Shown here: piece by piece, positions 27,975 through 36,518 of the stretch | Position numbering within the stretch: the first letter of the stretch is position 1 | Layout of the letters: each line of letters starts with the position of its first letter | IMG/VR virus record: IMGVR_UViG_3300038556_000031 | Span: 1-44,429 of that record | Length of the DNA stretch: 44,429 nt | Strand: one strand, 5' to 3' | Origin: a virus | Lineage: Duplodnaviria; Caudoviricetes | Program-made: the position numbers and the translations under genes | Notes under the pieces: model-generated | What the model saw: the letters and a program-made list of their open reading frames with translations, nothing else | What the model was told of the DNA's origin: nothing | Database searches by the model: none

Positions 27975-29282
27975 ATGAGACAAATAAACTATACTTGCCA
28001 GTGCGGCCACATTGAGGCCAGCGCGGCAGAGATTGAGGCAAGAAATGCCATTTTTAGCGAAATAGAGCAAGGTTTTAACAGGCTGGCCGCTTGGGTATTC
28101 AGTCCCAAAGGCAAAAACCCGGCGGGGGCATTATATCAAATGTTGTATTCTAGGCTTTACAATGGCGTAATTGATGGATTCAGCAAAAAGCGGCAGATTA
28201 CGCAAATGACATACGACCGCCCCGACCCGCGGTTTTTAACCATGTACCGCCTAAACATTGCCCGGTTTTCGGCAGCCAAAACCGTAGCGGCGGCAAAGCA
28301 GTTTAACCAGCTTAAAAACAAGCACCTGTATTTTGACGACTTCAAAAAGGCCGTGGACAAATTGGGCCTGCAATACAACGGCCAGCACTTGCAGACAGAA
28401 TATGAATTTGCGGTAGCTGCCGGGCAAATGGGCGGTTTATGGCTGGATTTGCAAGATACAAAAGCTATTTTCCCATACGTAAAGTACAGAACCGTAGGAG
28501 ATAGCCGGGTAAGGCCCCCGCATGCGGCTATAGATGGTTTGTTTTTTCTTATTGGTAGCCCCGAATTAGATACAATCTACCCGCCGAACGGCTGGAAGTG
28601 CCGCTGTGATCTGGAAAGGGCCACGGAAGCCGAGGCCCAGCGGGGCCGGATAATGAGCAAACAAGACCTTACCCAGCTTTTGCAATCCATGCCAGGGGGC
28701 AGGGCAGGGGAAAGCGAATACGACTATATGCGGCGTAACCGTTTCCACGTAAACCGGGGCAGGCTGGAAACGATCTTTTTAGAAAATGAAATGTATATTT
28801 CACGATTTAACGAGAAAACGCTTTTAAATGACTTTTACGGGGCCGACGACCTAGCGGCTATAAAATACCTGTCCTTACCCGAGATAGTGCAAACTAGCCG
28901 GGCTTATGAAAGAAATCTAGCCATTTTTAACCGCTTCGCCGCGTCAAGTCCACGGGGCGGCGACGTTTGGACACAAAACACCGTGTTTGGCTTGCCCGTT
29001 CTGTTTCACCTATGGGACTTTAAACAAGTAGCCCAAAGCCCGGCGGGGCCGTATCTGGATTATCTGACCGACGCGGTAAGCCATCCGGCGGAAGTTTGGG
29101 CGGTTAAGACCAAAGACGGCTATTTGCAGCGGTATATCAAGTTTTACCGGGAAGGCGGGCGGTTTGTCGCTTTGGTCGTAGAAAGCCAGATACAGGCCGG
29201 GCAGGATGAAAAAATAGTAAACGTGCATTTAGTGCCAGAAAGCCAGATAAACGACTTTCGGCGGGGTTTGCTGCAAATGTAA
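27975..29282 (+). CDS. Mu gpF-type minor head protein with C-terminal PBECR2-like domain
   Basis: FSAAK, YN..HL.TEY, YRTVGDSRVRPPHAA, PPNGWKCRC; tail P.EVW..RYIKFY..RRGLL. Confidence 0.85.
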   Translation: MRQINYTCQCGHIEASAAEIEARNAIFSEIEQGFNRLAAWVFSPKGKNPAGALYQMLYSRLYNGVIDGFSKKRQITQMTYDRPDPRFLTMYRLNIARFSAAKTVAAAKQFNQLKNKHLYFDDFKKAVDKLGLQYNGQHLQTEYEFAVAAGQMGGLWLDLQDTKAIFPYVKYRTVGDSRVRPPHAAIDGLFFLIGSPELDTIYPPNGWKCRCDLERATEAEAQRGRIMSKQDLTQLLQSMPGGRAGESEYDYMRRNRFHVNRGRLETIFLENEMYISRFNEKTLLNDFYGADDLAAIKYLSLPEIVQTSRAYERNLAIFNRFAASSPRGGDVWTQNTVFGLPVLFHLWDFKQVAQSPAGPYLDYLTDAVSHPAEVWAVKTKDGYLQRYIKFYREGGRFVALVVESQIQAGQDEKIVNVHLVPESQINDFRRGLLQM

Positions 29283-29387
29283 GTACACGTAAGGGGGTTA
29301 CTTGGGCCGGGCACGTTTGGAAAAGCGGCCCGGTTTTTGTTTGTTTGCGAAAACGACAAAAATAGTATCTTTCAAAATAGTATCTCT

Positions 29388-29840
29388 ATGCAACAAACAC
29401 AGACGCCCAAGCCCGCCAACAAAAAGGCCCTTACTTTCCTAGCCGCTGTTTTTGCTCTTATCCTGTTGGGGGCAGTAGTAAACAGCTTTGTTTCATCCGG
29501 CAAGCCCCAAAAGCCCGTAAACGATGTACGGCAGGCCGAGGCGGCCCAGGCAGAGCAAGCCCAGGCAAAGGCCCAAGAAATCGAAAGCGGGGCCTATATC
29601 GTTTCTCAGTATGCGGTAAAAGACCAGCTAAAAAGCCCGTCTACGGCAGAATTTCCCCTACTGGCAGAAAGCGTAAACAACTATGCGGAAGGATACTATT
29701 TAGTAAAATCGTATGTAGATAGCCAAAACAGCTTTGGGGCCACGGTTAGAAACAAATACACTGTGGTTATGCAGTACTTAGGGGGCGACCCGCTGGCAAA
29801 TGAGAATTGGAAGGCCGATAAATTGAGCATTCAGCAATAG
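29388..29840 (+). CDS. Membrane-anchored periplasmic protein (moron)
   Basis: N-terminal TM; VK..LKSPSTAEFP and YVDSQNSFGA motifs. Confidence 0.7.
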   Translation: MQQTQTPKPANKKALTFLAAVFALILLGAVVNSFVSSGKPQKPVNDVRQAEAAQAEQAQAKAQEIESGAYIVSQYAVKDQLKSPSTAEFPLLAESVNNYAEGYYLVKSYVDSQNSFGATVRNKYTVVMQYLGGDPLANENWKADKLSIQQ

Positions 29841-29865
29841 CATTATTTCGTTTAGAACTATACGC

Positions 29866-29895
29866 AAAGAGCCCGGTTATTAGCCGGGCTCTTTT
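29866..29895. terminator. Bidirectional terminator (GCCCGG hairpin family)
   Basis: AAAGAGCCCGGTTATTAGCCGGGCTCTTTT. Confidence 0.8.
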
Positions 29896-29903
29896 GTTTG
29901 GGG

Positions 29904-30248
29904 TCAGTGGTGAAAATCGGGGCAGGCATAGGCCGTAAAATCGTGTATCCCGTCAATTATTTCCGCTATTTGTCGTATTTGGGCTACTGTTAAGTTAATT
30001 TGCTTCATTGTGCCCGTGGTAAAGTCAGTTTCTACGATTGTAACCGCCTCAACTGTTCGTATTACCTGCGTGTATAAATAGCGATCTACAGGGGGCGAAA
30101 GGGGCTTTAGTGTCATTTGTTCGACTGGCTTTTCTACGTCCTTAACAAAGCGGGGCAGAACTTGAAACTTTAAAAACTTACTATTAGACTTGTCTAAGGG
30201 CAAAAAGTTGTTAATTTGAACCTCTGACCATTGTTTTAGATTTTCCAT
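29904..30248 (-). CDS. Hypothetical protein
   Basis: Start reassigned to MENLKQ, which abuts the leader motif at 30248-30261. Confidence 0.65.
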   Translation of the reverse strand: MENLKQWSEVQINNFLPLDKSNSKFLKFQVLPRFVKDVEKPVEQMTLKPLSPPVDRYLYTQVIRTVEAVTIVETDFTTGTMKQINLTVAQIRQIAEIIDGIHDFTAYACPDFHH

Positions 30249-30277
30249 GATTTTTAATTGGGTTAAGTGAAAAACTA

Positions 30278-30538
30278 CTAAAAGGTTAATACTACAGTTT
30301 CGTAAATGTTGCCCGTGCCCGGGGTTATTGTGTCGAATAAATCGCCGCTCAGGTAGGCTAAAAAGGTTTCTTTTTCTTGCTCTGTGCAAAAGTATGCCTT
30401 TGCTTCATTGCCATACTCCGAAATTTCGATTCTAAGGCGGGCGGCTTCGCTTATTTCGGCAGTGTCTAACAAATGGGCTACAATCTTTTTTACTTTGCCT
30501 TGTAGGTCACTTACGGGGGTATTTATAATTACGTCCAT
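30278..30538 (-). CDS. Small acidic hypothetical protein, paralog of 31191-31424
   Basis: Gapless alignment, 27/71 identities counted by hand. Confidence 0.75.
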   Translation of the reverse strand: MDVIINTPVSDLQGKVKKIVAHLLDTAEISEAARLRIEISEYGNEAKAYFCTEQEKETFLAYLSGDLFDTITPGTGNIYETVVLTF

Positions 30539-30596
30539 GTTTTCGGTTTTTTCGGTGAATATACGAATTTTGAGAAAAGAGGGGCACGCGGCCCCG

Positions 30597-30791
30597 TTAG
30601 TCATTTACGATAGTTACCGGGTAATGTGGGTTTTGTAAGTCGGCGTAGTTAAAAAATGCCTCATGCTTTACGCCCTTGTGTTCTACATACCCTTTGCAAT
30701 ACTTCTTTTTCAATTCGGTTACTATAAGGGTTTGGTAAGAATTTACAAGCCGAGTGCCTATTTTGATCTGATCTACTGTTTGCGCTGACAT
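30597..30791 (-). CDS. Small hypothetical protein
   Basis: First gene after promoter cassette 30806-30867. Confidence 0.7.
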   Translation of the reverse strand: MSAQTVDQIKIGTRLVNSYQTLIVTELKKKYCKGYVEHKGVKHEAFFNYADLQNPHYPVTIVND

Positions 30792-30805
30792 AACGTTTAT
30801 TGTTT

Positions 30806-30933
30806 ATTGGTGAATGATTATAGTACAAATGTAATACAATTGTACATACAATGCAACATTTGTTATACATTATTTTGCAAATATTTTATAACTGCCTGAT
30901 AATAAGCAAAATAAAATTATAACATCTGCTATA
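30806..30933 (-). promoter_or_regulatory. Promoter/operator cassette
   Basis: 34-bp repeat 30806-30839 containing TACATTTG; operators at 30855 and 30921. Confidence 0.8.
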
Positions 30934-30977
30934 TAATAGGCAATAAAAAAGCCCGGTTTAGGGCCGGGCCGCTTGGG

Positions 30978-31184
30978 CTAAAATTCTTTGCTTCGCCAAA
31001 GGCTTTCAAATGCGGGCAGTAGTTCGGCGGGTAGCTTTACTTTCAGAATGGAAAAACTGTGGTAATCCTTCATTGTTTTTACCGTCATGCTGCCGCCGTG
31101 TGCTTTTACATATTGGGTAAGGGCTTGCAATTTTGCGCCGTATCCGCTATTAACTAAATCAAGTGCGTATTTTTTAGTAGTCAT
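30978..31184 (-). CDS. Small hypothetical protein
   Basis: 68-aa ORF followed by hairpin at 30945-30970. Confidence 0.65.
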   Translation of the reverse strand: MTTKKYALDLVNSGYGAKLQALTQYVKAHGGSMTVKTMKDYHSFSILKVKLPAELLPAFESLWRSKEF

Positions 31185-31190
31185 GGCCGT

Positions 31191-31424
31191 TTAAAATAAG
31201 ATTGAAACGAATAAATATTTATTGCCCTTGCCCGGGGTTACTGCTTGGAATGATTCACAGTCAAGCAATTCCAAAAAACGCGCCCGGTCTTCCTCTGTGT
31301 GAAACGTTACCTTTGCTTCGCTGGCTAAGTCGGCAATATCCATTTTAAGCCGTTCGGCGTCTGACATTTGGGCACAATCGGTAATGTGTGAAATCAGGTC
31401 GTTTACTTCTCTTGTGATAGTCAT
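31191..31424 (-). CDS. Small acidic hypothetical protein, paralog of 30278-30538
   Basis: Leader motif at 31429-31442; alignment as above. Confidence 0.75.
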   Translation of the reverse strand: MTITREVNDLISHITDCAQMSDAERLKMDIADLASEAKVTFHTEEDRARFLELLDCESFQAVTPGKGNKYLFVSILF

Positions 31425-31475
31425 AGGATGATTTTTAATTGGTGAAAGGATAGGAGAAAAGCCGGGGTTATCCGG

Positions 31476-31748
31476 CTATTTTTTTTGCACTGAATAGTAT
31501 AAACAAGTAAGGTCGCATTCTTTATCGTAGCCCGAATCTTTAGCATCAAATATCATTTTATTGGCCCCGCATATTGACCCCTCATTAAAGAACTTAATCA
31601 GCTTAACCATAGGCCGCCTAGAAGGGCCTTCGTAGGAAAAGGTAAATTCGGTAGTACTTCTATAGGTGATTTCGATGTAACACCCAGCTACGGACATTAG
31701 CGTTTTTTCTAAGCTAGTCAATGGGCGGCCTAATTGCTGTGCTGTCAT
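31476..31748 (-). CDS. Small hypothetical protein
   Basis: Start MTAQQL 5 nt after leader motif 31754-31767. Confidence 0.7.
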   Translation of the reverse strand: MTAQQLGRPLTSLEKTLMSVAGCYIEITYRSTTEFTFSYEGPSRRPMVKLIKFFNEGSICGANKMIFDAKDSGYDKECDLTCLYYSVQKK

Positions 31749-31753
31749 GGTTA

Positions 31754-31973
31754 TGATTTTTAATTGGTGAATGATTATGTTACAAATGTAATACAAACGT
31801 ACTATATAAGTCAAGCATTTGTTATAATTAATTTATAAATATCTCCTAAGTGCCTGTAAATCAGCAATAGGTAAAAAATATTTTGTATAACATTTGTATT
31901 ATATTATAACATCTGCTATATTTGTAATGTGCATTACAATTTTATGCAATGCCATTCACCCAATTAAAAATCA
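31754..31973. promoter_or_regulatory. Divergent promoter/operator pair
   Basis: Minus: TACATTTG 31783-31790, operator 31814; plus: TTTG 31893, TATATTTG 31917, operator 31908, palindrome 31923, leader 31960. Confidence 0.8.
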
Positions 31974-31980
31974 AAGAACC

Positions 31981-32751
31981 ATGAAAAAGCAAGTCAAAGC
32001 CGTACCCGCCTTTACTAATGAGCAGTACGCATTTATGCAAAACCTGTTTGATTACTACAATCGCCAGCTATTCAACGGCGAACTTACGCCCGTTCTGTTT
32101 GTGTTTGAACGTTGCGCCCGATCTGCCGGACATTACGCCCGGGGCCGCTGGAAACAGGCCGAAAACGGGGAAATGATACCCGAAATTTCGATAAACCCCG
32201 AAGCGATGCAAACGGCGAAATACTGGCACTCTACTTTAGTGCATGAAATGGCCCACCACTGGCAAAGAACGCTAGGAAAGACCAAGCCCCGGCCAAACTA
32301 TCACAATAAGGAATGGGCCGCCAAAATGGAAGAAATCGGCCTCATGCCATCATCTACGGGCCAGCCAGGGGGCAAGAAAACCGGGCAGGCTATGGCAGAT
32401 TACCCGATTGAGGGCGGGCTATTTGAAAAAGCCTTTCAAGCACTGGAAGAATCGGCGGCGGTAGACTTACCTATAAAATCCACTACCGGGCAGGCCCCAA
32501 GCCCGGAAGAAAGCGAAGGCGAAGAATCCGAAGGCGGCGAATCCGACAAAGAAAAGAGCAAAAGCGGCAAACGGGTAAAATACACCTGCCCGTGTAAGAA
32601 TAAGGTTTGGGGCAAAGCGGGGCTTTCCATTGTTTGCGGCGAATGCGAGGGCCTGTATGAGCCCGAAGGCGGCAGCCAGCCAGAGCCAGAAAACGAAGGG
32701 GAAACGGTTTGTTTTGGATACGGCCACGACGACGAACAATTACAAGGATAA
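31981..32751 (+). CDS. SprT-like zinc metalloprotease with C-terminal Zn ribbon
   Basis: FDYYNRQLFNGEL, STLVHEMAHHWQ, YHNKEWA.KM..IGL.PS.TG.PGGKKTGQ, CPC..CGEC. Confidence 0.88.
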   Translation: MKKQVKAVPAFTNEQYAFMQNLFDYYNRQLFNGELTPVLFVFERCARSAGHYARGRWKQAENGEMIPEISINPEAMQTAKYWHSTLVHEMAHHWQRTLGKTKPRPNYHNKEWAAKMEEIGLMPSSTGQPGGKKTGQAMADYPIEGGLFEKAFQALEESAAVDLPIKSTTGQAPSPEESEGEESEGGESDKEKSKSGKRVKYTCPCKNKVWGKAGLSIVCGECEGLYEPEGGSQPEPENEGETVCFGYGHDDEQLQG

Positions 32752-32755
32752 AGAG

Positions 32756-32783
32756 AAAGCCCGGCTAATAACCGGGCTTTTTT
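32756..32783. terminator. Bidirectional terminator (GCCCGG hairpin family)
   Basis: AAAGCCCGGCTAATAACCGGGCTTTTTT. Confidence 0.8.
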
Positions 32784-32801
32784 GCTTATTTGTCAAATTG
32801 C

Positions 32802-33275
32802 TTATATGTCAAATCGAATGGGCGGCGGGGTTATTAATGGCAAGTCTGCCCGCATTTCCATACGCATGTGCAGCGGTATTTCTGGCCCCTTTATTACGAT
32901 AAATTCCGGGGCTTGCCGGGTTTGGGTTAGTATGTTGTCGATTTGCTGGCCTATAGCCGTTAACCATTCCAGATTTACCGTTTGCCGGGCATGTATGCTA
33001 TACCATTCGGCCCGGGCCTTATTTAGTATCTTGTCGGGCTTGATCTGGCGTAGCATCGGGATTAGTACCGCATTTCTAGCCGCGTCGGCCTTACTGCCTC
33101 GGGCGGCGGCGTATAATTGGGCTTCGTTCTTCTTACTGATTAGTAAATCTAATTCCTGACGCCTTACGGCCAATTCTAGGCTATTTCTGTAGTGCTGGCG
33201 GCCTCTTTCACCTATAAACACTTTCTTTGCTTTACGGGGCATTCTAAAGAGTTTCTTTACTGTTATTCTTCTCAT
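32802..33275 (-). CDS. Hypothetical basic protein
   Basis: 157-aa ORF, last of a minus-strand run. Confidence 0.6.
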   Translation of the reverse strand: MRRITVKKLFRMPRKAKKVFIGERGRQHYRNSLELAVRRQELDLLISKKNEAQLYAAARGSKADAARNAVLIPMLRQIKPDKILNKARAEWYSIHARQTVNLEWLTAIGQQIDNILTQTRQAPEFIVIKGPEIPLHMRMEMRADLPLITPPPIRFDI

Positions 33276-33421
33276 ATCTCGGTAAATTCTTTAATGTTAA
33301 AAAATCGGTCAAATTCTTTTAAGAAGTCATTGCACCAAGCCTCGGGGGCTACTATGCGGGTTTGCGATCTTGGCGGCGGTTTGGGCCGCTTGGGATACAA
33401 TAGGCGGTTACGCTTTCCCAT
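33272..33421 (-). CDS. Hypothetical 49-aa protein (below ORF-track cutoff)
   Basis: MGKRNRLLYPKRPKPPPRSQTRIVAPEAWCNDFLKEFDRFFNIKEFTEI; ATGA overlap with next gene. Confidence 0.55.
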   Translation of the reverse strand: MGKRNRLLYPKRPKPPPRSQTRIVAPEAWCNDFLKEFDRFFNIKEFTEI

Positions 33422-33689
33422 TGTGCCCCCTTTCTTGAAACTTGCCACACGCGGGCCATTTTACCCGCCAGTCAGTGCCCGGGCCAGTCTGCCGCTTCAT
33501 TAGGCCGCATACGTAGGCTTTGGCGTAATAGTGCTTTTTCTGGCAGTTCTGACACTGGCGGCAGGCTTTGCCCTCTATCTTGCCGTACAAGGCTATTAAG
33601 CCGCTGTGTGTCTTTTCGGCCAGTGTTTTAGCCCGGGCCTTTTGGCTGGCCTGTATGGGTTCGTTAAACAGGTTTATTTCTGCATTCAT
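33408..33689 (-). CDS. Small Cys-rich (putative Zn-binding) protein
   Basis: CRQCQNC..C..DWRVKWPACGKF. Confidence 0.65.
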   Translation of the reverse strand: MNAEINLFNEPIQASQKARAKTLAEKTHSGLIALYGKIEGKACRQCQNCQKKHYYAKAYVCGLMKRQTGPGTDWRVKWPACGKFQERGHNGKA

Positions 33690-33942
33690 TGGGTAGCATG
33701 TGTTTACACTTGGTTGATTTTAACATTTCGGCGATAATTTGCCCCCTTATCTTTGAATCTTTGGGCACTTGGTCAATGGTTACGCTTACCCGGTAAATCC
33801 AGCTACCACGGGCAAAAAATGGGTTGCCGTCTTGGGTGTATTGCTCTTGTAGGCCATTGGCGGGCAGAAACCCGAAACAATCCACTAAATACGCATCTGA
33901 TATAAAAAAGGGCTTGTTTAATAAAATCATTACTTCGGGCAT
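33664..33942 (-). CDS. Hypothetical protein
   Basis: 92-aa ORF overlapping next gene. Confidence 0.55.
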   Translation of the reverse strand: MPEVMILLNKPFFISDAYLVDCFGFLPANGLQEQYTQDGNPFFARGSWIYRVSVTIDQVPKDSKIRGQIIAEMLKSTKCKHMLPNECRNKPV

Positions 33943-34032
33943 AATGAGAAAGCCGGGCGATTAACCCGGCGTTTTTGTAGTGTACATTACAATTATTTCC
34001 ATTGTCTTTTAGACTGGCGAAGCGTTAGCGCG

Positions 34033-34215
34033 TTATCTGATACCGGGGCAGTAAGTAACGGGTATTCGCCGCGTACCTCTATTCTGTCGCCGTAAATGCG
34101 TAGGTTTAAAAAGCTGCCATCTGATAAACGGGCGTCTACCTTGTAGCCCCAAGATGTAGGGGCAGCGACCAGGGCGGGGCTTTTGGTTTCTTCGGGCTTT
34201 TGATCTGTAACGCAT
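34033..34215 (-). CDS. Arg-rich hypothetical protein
   Basis: 60-aa ATG ORF in operon position. Confidence 0.35.
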   Translation of the reverse strand: MRYRSKARRNQKPRPGRCPYILGLQGRRPFIRWQLFKPTHLRRQNRGTRRIPVTYCPGIR

Positions 34216-34224
34216 CCGTTTTTA

Positions 34225-34485
34225 TCACACTTGCCGCCGGGGCAGAAATCCGCCGGGGTGCAAGGAAACGGGCAGGGTAATTACCTGTAGTAGTTTAAAG
34301 TTGCCTACAATCGGGTTAATGAATCCCTTTGCAGCCATTCGGCGGCGTAAGAAGTCGTGCAACTTGGCAACGCGGGCCAGTGTGCAAATACGGGCCGTGG
34401 TTTTTACTGTCGTATTGCAGTGTATAGTATGCCCGTGCATATTGGTAACGGTAAAACTGATAAAGTACTTAAATTGCTTTTTCAT
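34225..34485 (-). CDS. Hypothetical protein
   Basis: 86 aa; leader motif at 34510-34523. Confidence 0.65.
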   Translation of the reverse strand: MKKQFKYFISFTVTNMHGHTIHCNTTVKTTARICTLARVAKLHDFLRRRMAAKGFINPIVGNFKLLQVITLPVSLHPGGFLPRRQV

Positions 34486-34640
34486 GGCTTAGTGTTTATA
34501 TTTGTAACTTGATTTTTAATTGGGAAAGGGCCGGGGCTTTGCTTCGGCTTTTTTTTGTGCGAAATACTTTGTTTTAATTGGAAAATTAAGTAAGGGGGCT
34601 TATCTTGCCCCCGTGTATATCATTTACACATTTGCTATAC

Positions 34641-34829
34641 TTAAAGCCGGAATTTGTTGCCATTGGCTACTACAAACTTTAGCCTTTCCAGCGGGTCAGT
34701 AATTTGCATTGCTTCGGCCCAGGTTTGGCGGCTTCTTTCGGTAGATTCTTGTAGATACTGGCAAAAAGCCTGCAATTCTGACCGTGTAGGGATTGTTTCG
34801 GCTAAGGCGTTTACTTGTGTTGCGTTCAT
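34641..34829 (-). CDS. Small hypothetical protein
   Basis: Leader motif at 34839 and promoter cassette upstream. Confidence 0.7.
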   Translation of the reverse strand: MNATQVNALAETIPTRSELQAFCQYLQESTERSRQTWAEAMQITDPLERLKFVVANGNKFRL

Positions 34830-34838
34830 GGGTTTATC

Positions 34839-34909
34839 TGATTTTTAATTGGTGAAACATCGTAGTACAAATGTAATACAAAAAATATAGCAAACAAACA
34901 AATGTTATA
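34839..34909 (-). promoter_or_regulatory. Promoter/operator cassette
   Basis: TTTG (34895-34898) N19 TACATTTG (34868-34875); operator 34897-34909. Confidence 0.8.
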
Positions 34910-34942
34910 CTTTTTTCAAATTTTCAAAGTACATGGTACAAA

Positions 34943-35341
34943 GTGAAAAACAAATTCAGTCTTAATCTGGCGGCCAAGTTCGCCAAAGCAAAAAGCCAAT
35001 TGCCCCAAGCGGTCGGCAGTTCGGCAGTAAATGCGTTTAAAGAATCTTTCCGGCAGCAAAGATTTTATTCTGACAATTCCGACCCGTGGAAACGTAGGAA
35101 AGACAAGAAAGACCCCGGGCGGGCAATTCTGGTAAAAACGGGAAGGCTTCGGCGTTCCATCCGGCTAAGGCAGGCCAGTTTTGAAAAGATTCTGATTCTG
35201 TCAGATGTCAAATACGCGGCAATTCACAACGAAGGATTAGGCAAAATGCCAAAGCGTAAGTTTATGGGAAATTCTACCCGGCTAAACAAACGCATTAATA
35301 AAGTCATACAACGATTTATACGCGAAGCATTGGCCGCGTAA
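34943..35341 (+). CDS. Phage virion morphogenesis protein (Mu gpG / tail completion S-like)
   Basis: W..R..GRAILVKTGRLRRSI, YAAIHNEG, MPKRKFMG. Confidence 0.88.
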   Translation: MKNKFSLNLAAKFAKAKSQLPQAVGSSAVNAFKESFRQQRFYSDNSDPWKRRKDKKDPGRAILVKTGRLRRSIRLRQASFEKILILSDVKYAAIHNEGLGKMPKRKFMGNSTRLNKRINKVIQRFIREALAA

Positions 35342-35373
35342 GGTCTTTTATCATTCTAACCCCTTTTAATGCA

Positions 35374-35841
35374 ATGGATGCAATCTATAGCGCAATAGAA
35401 ACTAAATTACTGGTTTCGGGCTTCATTAAACACGTAGATTTATATTACGGCCAGATAGAAACACAGGATAACGCGGGCGGTTCGCTGGATTTACCCTTTA
35501 AGTGCCCGGCGGTTTTTGTTTCCTTTCAAGACATACTATTTACAGATACTTCATTTTCGGGTACGGTATTGCTTCGGGTAGTCTCCAATGATTTACGCCG
35601 GGATAAGTTAGGGCCTTTCGATCTGGCAAAGAAAGTAGACTTGCTTATACATAACCTTTCCGGGGCCAGCTTTGAGCCATTAAAGCGGCTTGGGGCCTCT
35701 ATGGATGAAAACGCCCGGAACTTGTACGTAATGGAAAGAACCTATTCGATAAGCAAGGGGCAGGAAACGCCGCCTACAGAGGAACAGCCGCAAACGCTGG
35801 AAGTTACGCCGGATATTCGCGTTTACAAGGGCGTAGAATAG
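35374..35841 (+). CDS. Tail terminator (Mu gp37-like)
   Basis: IKHVDLYYGQ..PF.CPAVFVSF; follows gpG. Confidence 0.7.
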   Translation: MDAIYSAIETKLLVSGFIKHVDLYYGQIETQDNAGGSLDLPFKCPAVFVSFQDILFTDTSFSGTVLLRVVSNDLRRDKLGPFDLAKKVDLLIHNLSGASFEPLKRLGASMDENARNLYVMERTYSISKGQETPPTEEQPQTLEVTPDIRVYKGVE

Positions 35842-35873
35842 CGGTTTATAAGAATAGTACAGCACTCAAAAGA

Positions 35874-35902
35874 AAAAGCCCGGGGTTTGCGTCCGGGCTT
35901 TC
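35874..35902. terminator. Bidirectional terminator
   Basis: AAAGCCCGG-GGTTTGCGT-CCGGGCTTT between convergent genes. Confidence 0.7.
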
Positions 35903-35913
35903 TTGTTTTTATT

Positions 35914-36192
35914 CTATTTCTTTTCAAATCTGGCCTCATGCACGGCCCGTAGGTTCTTAATCAATTGCCGTATTTCGTGCCGGGTCTTTATGTGTTCGTG
36001 CATCTTGCGGCCTAAATGCTCAATTAACAGCGGGTTTGTTTCCTTCGTTAAATGGGCTTTTATCTCTAAAATGCGTTCTGAGTATTCCGATACCTGCGCG
36101 GCGTAGTTGGTTAGCTGGCGGCGGTAATTGCTTATAGATGTGCTGCCGATGGTTTTACGCATGTAAAGGGGCGTTTGTGCGGTCATTCTCAT
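35914..36192 (-). CDS. Hypothetical coiled-coil protein
   Basis: ATGA overlap with upstream gene. Confidence 0.6.
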   Translation of the reverse strand: MRMTAQTPLYMRKTIGSTSISNYRRQLTNYAAQVSEYSERILEIKAHLTKETNPLLIEHLGRKMHEHIKTRHEIRQLIKNLRAVHEARFEKK

Positions 36193-36518
36193 GTAAATAG
36201 TGTTAAGCTGGTTTCTAATCTGGTTACTTTCCTTCGGGGCTTCAATCCTACGGGCGGCAGGCGTCGGGCAGTCGGGTAAACCTTTTTGCCAGTGAGTACA
36301 AACCAGCGGCTTACCTTTTCATCCCGTTTTAAATAGCCTTTGCGTACTAAGGATTTGAATACTTTAAAATCAAAATTAAAGTCGGGCAAAACTGCGCTAT
36401 TGCGTAAACGGGCGGCTTTATGGCCTTCGGGGGTCTTGTAGCAAACTACATTAAAACCCGGCGGCAGTGCGGTTAATTTCAGTAGTACCGCTTCCTGCTG
36501 TGGCGTTAGTGTTTCCAT
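36189..36518 (-). CDS. Hypothetical protein (possible winged helix)
   Basis: LTPQQEAVL..FKSLVRKGYL..FVLT. Confidence 0.55.
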   Translation of the reverse strand: METLTPQQEAVLLKLTALPPGFNVVCYKTPEGHKAARLRNSAVLPDFNFDFKVFKSLVRKGYLKRDEKVSRWFVLTGKKVYPTARRLPPVGLKPRRKVTRLETSLTLFT

